Shown: in pieces, positions 1 through 14,578 of the stretch
Numbering within the stretch: the stretch's first letter is position 1
Layout: the number at the start of each line of letters is the position of its first letter
Assembly (NCBI GenBank): GCA_964016885.1
Contig: OZ024750.1
Span: forward strand, 20,646,001 to 20,710,000
DNA: 64,000 bases
Source: Eledone cirrhosa
Lineage: Eukaryota
Reading direction: 5' to 3'
Notes under the pieces: generated by a model
The model's input: only the letters and a program-made list of their open reading frames with translations
The model's database searches: none
Told to the model about the DNA's origin: nothing
Program-made: the position numbers and the translations under genes

Positions 1-33
1 TAATATATATAATATATTATATATTATATATAT

Positions 34-65
<32 letters not shown>

Positions 66-136
66 ATATTATTTATATATATATATTATATATTATATAA
101 TATATTTATATATAATATTATTATATATATATATAT

Positions 137-168
<32 letters not shown>

Positions 169-218
169 ATATATATATTATATATTATGATTATATATTA
201 TATTATATATATATATAA

Positions 219-250
<32 letters not shown>

Positions 251-615
251 TAATTATATATAATTATATATATATATATATATTATATATATATATATAT
301 TATATATATTAGATATTATATATATATTATTTATTATATATATATATATTTATATATATATATATTATATATTTATATATATATTTATATTATATTATAT
401 ATATATTATTGTATTTATATTATATATTTATTATATATATATATATTTATATATATTTATATATATATTATTATATTATAATATATATATATATTATATT
501 ATATATATATATATATAATATTTATATATTATATATATTTATAAATATTATATATATATTATATATATATATATATATTATATATTTATATATATATATA
601 TATATTTATATATAT
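1..615. repeat. Interrupted (TA)n microsatellite
   Basis: Almost pure TA repeats with TTA interruptions; similar tracts at 1012-1387 and 7576-9200. Confidence 0.95.
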
Positions 616-1011
616 GTAAAGTTATATTTAAAATTGTTGGGTTACAACTAGTAATTATTTATAACTGATATAAAAGCACTCCACAAATACTTGGAGTATA
701 TTTACAATATTAAATAAATGGAAAACTATATTTATAAAACCATATTTATTTCATTATATATATTTCGGGGATATCATATTAACAATATGCTATGCCTTCA
801 TCAGACAAAATACAATATAAACAGTTTTATAGATAAACAGTTTTATAGATAAATATATTCGACATACCGTAATAAAACATCAACTTCATTTGTTTATATT
901 GTATTTTGTCTGATGAAGGCATAGCATATTGTTAATATGATATCCCCGAAATATATATAATGAAATAAATATGGTTTTATAAATATAGTTTTCCATTTAT
1001 TTAATATTGTA
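616..1011. mobile_element. Short fold-back non-autonomous PLE-like element, family A, copy 1
   Basis: Inverted arms ~704-823 / ~891-1011, unique ~90-nt tail on the left, (TA)n on both sides; second copy at 7191-7575, fragments at ~7840-7900 and ~8362-8405. Confidence 0.8.
902..968 (+). ncRNA. Type I hammerhead ribozyme (family A); inverted copy at 747-812 (-)
   Basis: Stem I TATTTTGT/ATGAAATA (two G-U), CTGATGA 910-916, long stem II, GAAA 948-951, minimal palindromic stem III (ATATAT), AUA cleavage triplet. Confidence 0.7.
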
Positions 1012-1063
1012 TATTTATATATATATATATATTATATATATATATATATATTATATTATATAT

Positions 1064-1114
<51 letters not shown>

Positions 1115-1128
1115 TATATATATTATAA

Positions 1129-1159
<31 letters not shown>

Positions 1160-1165
1160 ATAATA

Positions 1166-1216
<51 letters not shown>

Positions 1217-1228
1217 TATAATATATAT

Positions 1229-1352
<124 letters not shown>

Positions 1353-1470
1353 ATAATATTTATATATATATATATAATATTTATATACGTTATTCCGGGT
1401 TGAATCGGAGGTAACCACAGTAAGTAAGGTACTCAATACATAGCAGAGTATAACAGTTTTAATATAGAAG

Positions 1471-1521
1471 AGATTCTACAGGACTAGAACTGTTTCATTT
1501 ATTAGAAATCATCAGGAATCT
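1471..1521 (-). ncRNA. Type I hammerhead ribozyme, family B left arm
   Basis: Reverse complement: AGATTC-CTGATGA-tttctaataaat-GAAA-CAGttctagtcCTG-TA-GAATCT; stem II weak in this copy. Confidence 0.75.
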
Positions 1522-2215
1522 GGGTATCAAAAAAATAAATATGGTATTTATAGGTCCCTACAAGTGGTAGGAGAGGGTGGGGAGTGGATAGGTGCAGGTC
1601 ATTGGTTGATAGAAAAGGGAATTCATTAAAAGCTAATTCTACAAGGCTATAGTTAATTTTTATTTTTATTTATATTTATTTATGTTTTTAGAGTAACAAA
1701 GGCAGACAGAATTCTATAAACAGGTTCCGGATGCCATACCATTCCTTGTCGATAAGTTTCTCTTAAGCTAACAGATGTCTATAAAGTCAGTGGGGGGTCA
1801 GTCATGGTCGATAGAATTAAAGAAAAGGGAGATTCTTTAAAAGCTAAAGTCATTAAGGTTCTACTAAGTGACAAAGGTCTAGAGAATTCTGCAGACAGAT
1901 TCAAAATACTGAGTGCATATCTTACTATTATCTTCGAACTTCTCTTAAACTAATCAACTATATGCCAAAAATCAACAGACACATTCACAAAAAAACCAAA
2001 AAAAAAACAAAAAAACAAAAAACAAAAAAACACATACTCACTCACACACTTACGCGCAACCATAAACACACACACAAACAGATATACACACATAAAAACA
2101 CACACACATATATAAAAAATATATAAATATATATAAATATAAATATATATTCATGTACACACATACATACACACATACATACATACATACATATACAATA
2201 CATATACACATATAC

Positions 2216-2264
<49 letters not shown>

Positions 2265-2297
2265 TACATATACATACATATATACATATACACAGAT

Positions 2298-2344
<47 letters not shown>

Positions 2345-2457
2345 GATACACACACACATACACATACATACACACACACATACATATATACACAAATAAA
2401 TACACTCACACGCATACATACAAACACGAGTATACATATGTATAAATATTTATACAC

Positions 2458-2550
<93 letters not shown>

Positions 2551-2858
2551 TATACATACATATACATATATATATCCATACATATACAAACATACACATA
2601 CATACACAGACCTATACATAAATATACAAATATATATACAGACATATAACGCGTATATACACACACATATACACACACATATATATATACACATACATAT
2701 ATATATATATACATATACATATATATATATATACATATATATATACATATATATACATATATACACATACACATACACATATATATATATACACACACGC
2801 GCATACACACATACACACACCCACACACAAAATATATATACACACTCTCTCTCTCACG

Positions 2859-2900
<42 letters not shown>

Positions 2901-3129
2901 TACATACACATACATACATATATATATATATATACACATATATATACATATATATATATACACACATATATACATCTATACACATATACACAAATATATA
3001 TATATACACACACATACACACACATATACACACATATATACATACATACACACATACACAAACACAGACACATACAAATACACATATATATACACACATA
3101 TATACACACATACACACACACATATATAC

Positions 3130-3174
<45 letters not shown>

Positions 3175-3247
3175 TATACATATATACACACATACATACA
3201 CACGTACACATACATACAGATACACATATATACATATACACACACAT

Positions 3248-3311
<64 letters not shown>

Positions 3312-3373
3312 ATATACATACATATACACACACACACATACACACATATATACATATATACATACAAATATAT

Positions 3374-3418
<45 letters not shown>

Positions 3419-3455
3419 TATATATATACATACACACACACATTCACACATACAT

Positions 3456-3508
<53 letters not shown>

Positions 3509-3669
3509 TACACATATACACATATATATACACATATACACGCACATACATACACACATACACATACATATACATAAACATACATACATACATACATACA
3601 TACATACATACAAACACATATATACACATATACACATATATACATATACATATATATATATATATATAT

Positions 3670-3700
<31 letters not shown>

Positions 3701-3780
3701 CATATACACAAACATATACATACATATACATACATAAATATACACACATAAAACACATATACACACAAACATATATATAT

Positions 3781-3855
<75 letters not shown>

Positions 3856-4159
3856 TACACGAATACACATATACAAACAAATATATACACATACAAGTAA
3901 ATAGGTACTCAATAAATATACGCATATACGCAGGCACATAAAGACACCTCTACAGGCAGAAAATGTAGATACGAAAGAGGTACTCACATAACCATAGTGG
4001 CCGTGTTTCAGGTTGAGGAGGGGTGGGGGTAGGGTGGGGAGGAGGTATAGTGGCCAATAGGGGGAGGTCGTTTTTAGCCATCGGGCTTTAACACTGGCTT
4101 AAAGTGTTTGAATGTTGCAAAGTTCTTGTGCATGCAGTTCGGGCAGTGTTCAGAGAGTT

Positions 4160-4513
4160 AGTTGCAAAAAAACTTACATCGGCATGACCTCCAACAACTT
4201 TAAGACCCGTTGGTATGCCCATACCCACTCCTTCAGAAGACCGGATAAATCAAATCAAACAACACTCGCCTCCTACGTTTGGGACCTCAAAAGGAACTCC
4301 ACCCCCTTCACGCTTAATTGGAAAATACTCCAGAAAGCGCGCTCTTACAACGGAGGACACAAGGGCTGCGACCTTTGTATTTCAGAGAGCTACGAAATTT
4401 TATTCGCCAAGGGCCCGCTACTGAACAAACTCTCTGAACACTGCCCGAAATGCATGCACAAGAACTTTGCAACATTCAAACACTTTAAGCCAGTGTTAAA
4501 GCCCGATGGCTAA
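4160..4513 (+). pseudogene. C-terminal GIY-YIG endonuclease fragment of a Penelope-like element
   Basis: TYIGMTSNNFKTRWYAHTHSF...TTLASYVWDLK...WKIL...CDLCISE...LLNK...CMH aligns by eye with the GIY-YIG domain at 31758-32165; 5'-truncated at the inversion point. Confidence 0.85.
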
Positions 4514-4731
4514 AAACGACCTCCCCCTATTGGCCCCTATACCTCCTCCCCACCCTACCCCCACCCCTCCTCAACCTGAAACACGGCCACTACGGTTATG
4601 TGAGTACCTCTTTCGTATCTACATTTTCTGCCTGTAGAGGTGTCTTTATGTGCCTGCGTATATGCGTATATTTATTGAGTACCTATTTACTTGTATGTGT
4701 ATATATTTGTTTGTATATGTGTATTCGTGTA

Positions 4732-4800
<69 letters not shown>

Positions 4801-5068
4801 ATATATATATGTTTGTGTGTATATGTGTTTTATGTGTGTATATTTATGTATGTATATGTATGTATATGTTTGTGTATATGTATGTATATATATATATATG
4901 TATGTATATATATATATATATATATATGTATATGTATATATGTATATATGTGTATATATGTGTTTGTATGTATGTATGTATGTATGTATGTATGTTTACG
5001 TATATGTATGTGTATGTGTGTATGTATGTGCGTGTATATGTGTATATATATGTGTATATGTGTATGTG

Positions 5069-5132
<64 letters not shown>

Positions 5133-5183
5133 ATGTATGTGTGTATGTGTGTGTGTATGTATATATATATATATGTGTATATT

Positions 5184-5214
<31 letters not shown>

Positions 5215-5285
5215 ATATTTGTATGTATATATGTATATATGTGTGTATGTGTGTGTGTGTGTATATGTATGTATATGTATGTGTG

Positions 5286-5325
<40 letters not shown>

Positions 5326-5406
5326 ATGTGTGTGTATATATATATATATGTGTATTTGTATGTATGTGTACGTGTGTATGTATGTGTGTGTATATATGTA
5401 TATATA

Positions 5407-5454
<48 letters not shown>

Positions 5455-5633
5455 ATGTATATATATGTATATATGTGTGTGTGTGTATGTGTGTATATAT
5501 GTGTGTATATATATGTGTATTTGTATGTGTCTGTGTTTGTGTATGTGTGTATGTATGTATATATGTGTGTATATGTGTGTGTATGTGTGTGTGTATATAT
5601 ATATGTGTGTATATGTGTATAGATGTATATATG

Positions 5634-5664
<31 letters not shown>

Positions 5665-5701
5665 ATGTGTATATATATATATATGTATGGATGTGTATGT
5701 A

Positions 5702-5736
<35 letters not shown>

Positions 5737-6096
5737 GTGCGTGAGAGAGAGAGTGTGTATATATATATTGTGTGTGGGTGTGTGTATGTGTGTATGCGCG
5801 TGTGTGTATATATATATATGTGTATGTGTATGTGTATATATGTATATATATGTATTATATTTATATATATGTATATTTATATATATATATATATATATAT
5901 GTATATGTATATATATATATATGTATGTGTATATATATATGTGTGTGTATATGTGTGTGTATATACGCGTTATATGTCTGTATATATATTTGTATATTTA
6001 TGTATAGGTCTGTGTATGTATGTGTATGTTTGTATATGTATGGATATATATATGTATATGTATGTATATATATATATGTGTGTATATATATATATA

Positions 6097-6166
<70 letters not shown>

Positions 6167-6272
6167 AATATTTATACATATGTATACTCGTGTTTGTATG
6201 TATGCGTGTGAGTGTATTTATTTGTGTATATATGTATGTGTGTGTGTATGTATGTGTATGTGTGTGTGTATC

Positions 6273-6318
<46 letters not shown>

Positions 6319-6351
6319 ATCTGTGTATATGTATATATGTATGTATATGTA

Positions 6352-6394
<43 letters not shown>

Positions 6395-7012
6395 GTGTAT
6401 ATGTATTGTATATGTATGTATGTATGTGTGTATGTATGTGTGTGTACATGAATATATATTTATATTTATATTATATTTATATATTTTTTATATATGTGTG
6501 TGTGTTTTTATGTGTGTATATGTGTTTGTGTGTGTGTTTATGGTTGCGCGTAAGTGTGTGAGTGAGTATGTGTTTTTTTGTTTTTTTGTTTTTTTGTTTT
6601 TTTGTTTTTTTGTTTTTTTGGTTTTTTTTGTGAATGTGTCTGTTGATTTTTGGCATATAGTTGATTAGTTTAAGAGAAGTTCGAAGATAATAGTAAGATA
6701 TGCACTCAGTATTTTGAATCTGTCTGCAGAATTCTCTAGACCTTTGTCACTTAGTAGAACCTTAATGACTTTAGCTTTTAAAGAATCTCCCTTTTCTTTA
6801 ATTCTATCGACCATGACTGACCCCCCACTGACTTTATAGACATCTGTTAGCTTAAGAGAAACTTATTGACAAGGATTGGTATGCCATCCGGAACCTGTTT
6901 ATAGAATTCTGTCTGTCTTTGTTACGCTAAAAACATAAATAAATATAAATAAAAATAAAAATTAACTTTAGCCTTGTAGAATTAGCTTTTAATGAATTCC
7001 CTTTTCTATCAA

Positions 7013-7074
7013 CCAATGACCTGCACCCATCCCACTCCCCACCCTCTCCTACCACTTGTAGAGACCTATAAATA
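7013..7074 (+). promoter_or_regulatory. Possible pLTR promoter (CCAAT + TATA box) upstream of the hammerhead
   Basis: CCAAT 7013-7017 and TATAAATA 7067-7074, ~25-30 nt before the ribozyme; conserved in the left arm. Confidence 0.3.
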
Positions 7075-7096
7075 CCATATTTATTTTTTGATACCC

Positions 7097-7147
7097 AGAT
7101 TCCTGATGATTTCTAATGAATGAAACAGTTCTAGTCCTGTAGAATCT
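7097..7147 (+). ncRNA. Type I hammerhead ribozyme, family B right arm
   Basis: Stem I AGATTC/GAATCT, CTGATGA 7103-7109, stem II TTC-taat-GAA, GAAA 7122-7125, stem III ACAG/CTGT, GUA triplet. Confidence 0.85.
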
Positions 7148-7190
7148 CTTCTATATTAAAACTAATATTTATATATATATATATATATAT

Positions 7191-7575
7191 GGAAAGTTAT
7201 ATTTAAATTGTTGGGTTACAACTAGTAAATATTTATAACTGATATAAAAGCACTCGACAAATATTTGGAGTATACTTACAATATTAAATAAATGGAAACT
7301 ATATTTATAAAACCATATTTATTTCATTATATATATTTCAGGGATATCATATTAACAATATGCTATGCCTTCCTCAGACAAAATACAATATAAACAGTTT
7401 TCTCAAATGCAAGTAGATGTTGTTACGGTATGTCGAATCTATTTATCTATAAAACTGTTTATATTGTATTTTGTCTGAGGAAGGCATAGCATATTGTTAA
7501 TATGATATCCCTGAAATATATATAATGAAATAAATATGGTTTTATAAATATAGTTTCCATTTATTTAATATTGTA
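7191..7575. mobile_element. Fold-back element family A, copy 2, with hammerheads at ~7320-7385 (-) and ~7467-7533 (+)
   Basis: Closely similar to 616-1011; core CTGAGGA 7475-7481, GAAA 7513-7516. Confidence 0.8.
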
Positions 7576-7594
7576 TATATATATATATATTATA

Positions 7595-7661
<67 letters not shown>

Positions 7662-7695
7662 ATATTATATATATATATATTATATATATATATAT

Positions 7696-7727
<32 letters not shown>

Positions 7728-7792
7728 ATATTATATATATATATATTATATATATACATATATATTATATATATATATATTATATATATATA

Positions 7793-7844
<52 letters not shown>

Positions 7845-7930
7845 CAGGGATATCATATTAACAATATGTTATGCCATCTTCAGACAAAATACAATAATAC
7901 AATATAATCAGTCTTATAAATAAATATGAT

Positions 7931-7962
<32 letters not shown>

Positions 7963-8000
7963 ATATAAATATGATTATATATATATATATATTATATATA

Positions 8001-8061
<61 letters not shown>

Positions 8062-8120
8062 ATATTATATATATATATATATTATATATATATATATATT
8101 ATATATATATATACATATAT

Positions 8121-8154
<34 letters not shown>

Positions 8155-8199
8155 ATTATATATATATATATATTATATATATTATATATATATATATAT

Positions 8200-8277
<78 letters not shown>

Positions 8278-8314
8278 ATATATTATACATATATATATAT
8301 ATATATATTTATAT

Positions 8315-8349
<35 letters not shown>

Positions 8350-8586
8350 ATATTGATATATATGCAAAGTTTTATTTAAATTGTTGGGTTACAACGAGTA
8401 AATATTTATATATTTATATATTTATATATATATATTTATATATATATATATATTATATATTATATATATTATATATTATATATATATATATATATTATAT
8501 ATATATATATTATATATTATATATATATATATTATATATAGATATATATATTATATATATATATTATATATATATTATATATATAT

Positions 8587-8618
<32 letters not shown>

Positions 8619-8654
8619 ACATATATATTATATATATATATATATATTATATAC

Positions 8655-8687
<33 letters not shown>

Positions 8688-8708
8688 ATATATTGCATAT
8701 ATATATAT

Positions 8709-8801
<93 letters not shown>

Positions 8802-8815
8802 ATATATATTATATA

Positions 8816-8847
<32 letters not shown>

Positions 8848-9154
8848 GTATTATATATATATTTTATATATTATATATTTTATATATTTTATATATTTTA
8901 TATATTTTATATATTTTATATATTATATATTTTATATATTTTATATATTATATATATTATATATTTTATATATTTCATATATTATATATTTTATATATTT
9001 CATATATTATATATATTATATATTTTATATATTATATATTTTATATATTATATATTTTATATATTATATATATTTTATATATCATATATATTTCACATAT
9101 TATATATATTATATATCATATATATTATAAATATTATATTATATATATATATAT

Positions 9155-9188
<34 letters not shown>

Positions 9189-9200
9189 ATATGTATAAAT
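7576..9200. repeat. Long interrupted (TA)n tract with a TATATTTT-type segment and embedded family A fragments
   Basis: Direct reading; the TATATTTT pattern runs ~8860-9080. Confidence 0.9.
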
Positions 9201-11067
9201 ACATATAGTGGTATAACCGCACTGTACATGTGTATGTACATATTTACACAGTTTTGGATGGCCGTTGACTCTTGAGTTATTCCACCCTTTGTCAGCGTTT
9301 GTTTTTTGTCCGCACGGTGTCCAAAATCACCCTCCTCACCAAGTAAACTTGGTGGGGTTACTTTTTTAGTCGCCTACGACCTGATATGCGACAGGTTGCA
9401 CTGCGTTACACGTTACCAGTAGCACTCAAGGGTGACCCGACATACATACATACATACATATATACATACATATATGCATGAAAGTATTTATGTTATATAT
9501 GAGTATATGTCTGTGATTGTAAATATTTTATTGCGAAAAAAGATGCTTTTCAAATACGAATGTTTATAGATGAGACAAAATAACACATTCACAAGACTAG
9601 TCATAAATATCAATTTCTCAAATAGTACATTATATAAGTTATATATGACCTATACACAGAGAACGGCGGAAATAATACCAGAAATTTAGCCTTATAAATT
9701 CTCTTTTAACATGGCAACAGTGGCATACCATTATTACGCGCAAACCTATTATCGATTTGCTTTCGTTTTAGAAAAGTTCTTTATATAAAGGAATTGACTC
9801 GTTGAGTTTTCTGGTGACATCTTATAAGAGAAACTGAGAAATATATTGCATGAATTACAAGACATTGACACGTTAAATCTCTTTTCTATTGATCTCCTCT
9901 CAACGATATAAAGTGTATTTGTATTACTTGCTTTAGAAGATAATGAACCAAATTTATCTCACTTTATTGAAATTGCAGTGTCGATGTGGAGCACATAGAA
10001 GACATTTGTCACAACTTCCGCCATAACAAGCATCTGAAGTAACATCACAAAAATATAACAACGGAAGTTACCCTGCTGAAATAACTACCAATTTAACTAT
10101 GGGGAATATGTTAGAAGCCGCGAAAATGCTATAGTAATTTCTCTATTCCTACAATAATTTCTCTATTCTCAGCGTTGCAAATGGTGAAAGCTCGTAGCGC
10201 GTATCCAGCTAAATATGGGATCCGCGTTCGTTTCCCCGTTATATCTGTTTGATTACTCTGATATTACGCTTGGGAAAAACATGAATATTGCAACACCCTT
10301 GTCTAAAAGCGCTTCATTTCAATATAACTTGTAAAATGTTTCTGGATAATTGTGATCAGGAATGCTCTCAAAGAAATGACTTAGTTTCAGACTATTGCAT
10401 TTTCCAGTTGAGTGTTAAATCATGATATACTGTTGCTTTACCAGATCTAACGTCAATATTTAATTTGTTACGTGCCAGATCTAATTTCCGCATGGTTACC
10501 TGGCTTCAATTTTCTCCCTTCAAACATCTAACACTCACCCCCTCTCGCTATCTATCTATCTCTCCCTCTATCTATTTATCTATCTCTATCTATCTATTTA
10601 TCTATGTATTTATCTCACTGTCTCTTTCTTTGTTCTCTTTTTTTTTCTGCTTTTTGCTCAAACCATTTGTAACGATTATTTCTTTGTAATCATACGATCG
10701 ATTGTTGAAGGGAGTTGTAGCTGATTTAAACGAAAGCCTCGTAAACACTGTTAGTTATTGACACAAATCTAATGAAAGACGTCCACCCGACCGTATTTCA
10801 TCTCCGTATCAAGAAGAACATTAAATACGACGTTCCACTGTTCATGGTGAAGATGGAAATAATAACAGGCTTCCAGTTTGGATTTCTCGCAACTATAGCC
10901 TTATAACTAAAAAAAAACTTCCTAACCTAGTTTTCAAAGTGGTATTAATTGCACTGTGAGGATGCATCAGTTTGTAATTCTCGTGTATTCAATGGTAATG
11001 AATGCCAATGATTGTATTAAGCAAATCGTAAGAAGATACCAGCCAATAATATATATGTATATATATG

Positions 11068-11175
<108 letters not shown>

Positions 11176-12043
11176 TAAATAAATATATATATATATAAAT
11201 AAATATATATATATATAAATAAATATATATATATATACAAATAAATATATACCACAAATTTCACAAGGAAGACATTATTAAAAGATTGTCAACATATTTT
11301 AGATTGATGTAAGGAATGTAGAGAATAATAATAATAATAATATTAATAATAATAATGTCCGTAGATAATTATAAGTTACCTCCCCTACATTGTCTTTCAA
11401 TTAAAAAATGTTTAAATTAGCACTTAACTATAAATACCCACAATTTCTAATCTCTCGAGGAATTACTTCCCCTGAAACCACCCTCTAATTAGTAACGTAA
11501 ATATGTCCTTTGGCAGCCACCTTGTTACCCATAGGCAATCTCACACAATGCAGCCTCGACAGGTGAATACTGCTTGATTATGGCTGACAACTGATGCAAC
11601 CAAGACACCATAGTAAAAAACCAATATATGGAACATCATATTATGTAACATTCTCTCATTATTTTAATTTATATTCCTTTGAAGTTCCGATAAGCCGCTC
11701 TGTCTTTTAAATATGTTAATTATTTTCAACTGAACCAGATCAATTATGACATATAGTCATCTGATCCAGAAATATCATATGGAGTAGCGAAACAATTGTA
11801 AACGGACATTGTTATTATTAATATTATTTTTATTATTATTCTATACATTCCTTACATCAAACTGAAATATGTTCACAATATTTTAATAATGTCTTCCTTG
11901 TGAAATTGGTGGTCTTGTTTTGCTTCACTAATGAATATATATATATATATATATGTGTGTATATATGTGTATATATGTATATATATATATGTATATATAT
12001 ATATGTATATATATATGTATATATATATATGTATATATATATA

Positions 12044-12520
12044 TTTCGTTTCTGAATTTGTTTAGCAAGATTCTTTATCTGAAATCGTGTGTTGAAACCG
12101 ATATTGTTATACTTTGGGAGGGTCATGTTGCCAATAAGAAACACACGCACCAGTTGCTTTCACTTCAATTTAATTTAATATATATTTATAAATTTACAAA
12201 TTTATAAATTTCTGGTTGGTTGGTTGGTTCCACAACCAGATAGTTGTTTATATATATATAGTCATAGTTCTTTCGTCACACACTCTGTGACCTCTTCAGT
12301 GACTGGGGATTTCTTTCTTCGTTTCTGTGCCTTTCCTTTCTTCTATCCTACGTCATTTTGTTTGTGTGTGGGTTGCGTGCTCAGTTTGCGCATGCGCCAC
12401 ATCCGGGTGTCTGTGTGTGTTTGTGTAAATTTATAAATATATATTAAATTAAATTGAAGTGAAAGCAACTGGTGCGTGTGTTTCTTATTGGCAACATGAC
12501 CCTCCCAAAGTATAACAATA
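12044..12520. mobile_element. Fold-back element, family C, copy 1
   Basis: Arms ~12101-12200 / ~12421-12520 ending TATTGTTATACTTTGGGAGGGTCAT; related terminus at 39806-40410; (TA)n flanks. Confidence 0.75.
12260..12304 (-). ncRNA. Minimal type I hammerhead ribozyme
   Basis: Reverse complement: AGTCA-CTGAAGA-gGTCACAgagtgTGTGAC-GAAA-gaac-TA-TGACT. Confidence 0.75.
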
Positions 12521-12844
12521 TATATATATATATATGTATATAAATATATATGTATATATATATATATGTATATATATGTATATGTATATATATATGTATG
12601 TATATATATATGTATATATGTATATATATATGTATATATGTATGTATATATGTATATATATGTATATGTATATATATATATGTATATATGTATATATTTA
12701 TGTATATATATATATGTATATATTTATGTATATATATATATGTATATATATATATATGTATATATATGTATATATATGTATATATATATATATATATATG
12801 TATACATATATATATCTGTATATATATATATGTATATGTATATG

Positions 12845-12891
<47 letters not shown>

Positions 12892-13522
12892 GTATATGTA
12901 TATATATATATATGTATATATATATGTATATGTATATATATATGTATGTATATATATATATATATGTATATATGTATATATATATATGTATATATGTATG
13001 TATATATGTATATATATGTATATGTATATATATATGTATATATGTATATATGTATGTATATATGTATATATATGTATATGTATATATATATATGTATATA
13101 TGTATATATTTATGTATATATATATATGTATATATTTGTGTATATATATATATGTATATATATATATATGTATATATATGTATATATATGTATATATATA
13201 TATATATATATGTATACATATATATATGTGTGTATATATATATATATGTATATGTATATGTATATATATATATGTATATATATATTTATATATATGTATA
13301 TATATGTATATATATATGTATATATATATATATGTATATATATGTATATACATATATGTATATATATATATGTATGTATATATATATGTATATATATGTA
13401 TATATATATATATATTTATGTATATATATATATATGTATATTTATGTATATATATATGTATATATATATATATATTTATGTATATATATATATATGTATA
13501 TTTATGTATATATATATATATG

Positions 13523-13571
<49 letters not shown>

Positions 13572-13766
13572 TTATATATATATATATATATTTATGTGTA
13601 TATATATATATGTATATTTATGTGTATATATATATATGTATATTTATGTATATATATATATATGTATATTTATGTATATATATATATATATGTATATTTA
13701 TGTATATATATATATATGTATATTTATGTATATATATGTATATATATGTATATATATATATTTATG

Positions 13767-13827
<61 letters not shown>

Positions 13828-13856
13828 ATGTATATATATATGTATATATATATATT

Positions 13857-13951
<95 letters not shown>

Positions 13952-13976
13952 GTGTATATATATATATATATATGTT

Positions 13977-14015
<39 letters not shown>

Positions 14016-14024
14016 ATATATATG

Positions 14025-14076
<52 letters not shown>

Positions 14077-14093
14077 CATATATATATATATTC

Positions 14094-14142
<49 letters not shown>

Positions 14143-14150
14143 TATACACA
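12521..14150. repeat. Compound (TA)n/TATATG microsatellite
   Basis: Direct reading; a similar array lies at 21476-22746. Confidence 0.95.
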
Positions 14151-14262
14151 TGTCCTTGAGCACAACCCTTTATTTCACGTTGCTCGTTCTACCTGGAGTT
14201 GCGACCGACACATAGTATTAGAAATTGGAAAGAACATCGGAAACATTGTTTCCTCGGTCCGA
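14150..14262 (+). mobile_element. SINE fragment (GTCCTTGAGCAAGACACTTT-type core)
   Basis: Matches the core seen at 23735-23985 and 43800-43912. Confidence 0.45.
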
Positions 14263-14298
14263 TTTGACGAAATTCGATCGACTACTTGCTTATATATA

Positions 14299-14372
14299 CA
14301 GCGTGTCCTAAAAGGTGTATACACACTTCAACATAAATATAATCGAAGTGTATATACATATTTTGGGCCACC

Positions 14373-14375
<3 letters not shown>
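14299..14375. mobile_element. Tiny Tc1/mariner-like MITE (~77 bp)
   Basis: Imperfect ~31-nt TIRs CAGCGTGTCCTAAAAGGTGTATACACACTTC / (rc) CATGGTGGCCCAAAATATGTATATACACTTC, TA on both sides; solo TIR at ~16913-16941. Confidence 0.6.
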
Positions 14376-14428
<53 letters not shown>

Positions 14429-14495
14429 AAGGTTTAGCAAATAATGAAAAAGTTTCAAAATAAATTCTAAAAAATTGACTTTACCTACTATAGTT

Positions 14496-14578
14496 ACCTT
14501 TACCGATCGGTTTCGAATCCCAAAAATAAACGGAGACCATACGGCCTTCGTTGCAAAGAAAGATTCTCGTCAGAAGGT
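14496..14578 (-). ncRNA. Hammerhead ribozyme of the 485-bp unit (second minus copy 14981-15063)
   Basis: Reverse complement of 15497-15579. Confidence 0.85.

Larger units (their letters stand above)
1388..7163. mobile_element. Penelope-like element remnant (family B) forming a ~5.7 kb inverted repeat
   Basis: Arms ~1458-4159 and ~4428-7163 are reverse complements including an internal ~1.85 kb mixed TA/CA microsatellite; centre encodes a GIY-YIG fragment; extra tail 1388-1457; flanked by (TA)n. Confidence 0.9.

Noticed and set aside
616-1011. Fold-back elements as DNA-transposon MITEs with TIRs
   Set aside because: Inverted arms are not terminal on both sides (one-sided tail), vary in length between copies and contain hammerheads.
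1388-7163. Large palindromes (also 30468-36975) as assembly fold-back artefacts
   Set aside because: Arms differ by scattered substitutions and indels, and share the tail asymmetry seen in many small elements. Not fully excludable without reads, especially for the perfect palindrome at 37283-37690.
9205-9440. GC-richer segment that looks like a repeat fragment
   Set aside because: Single copy in the window with no diagnostic motif; cannot be classified by eye.
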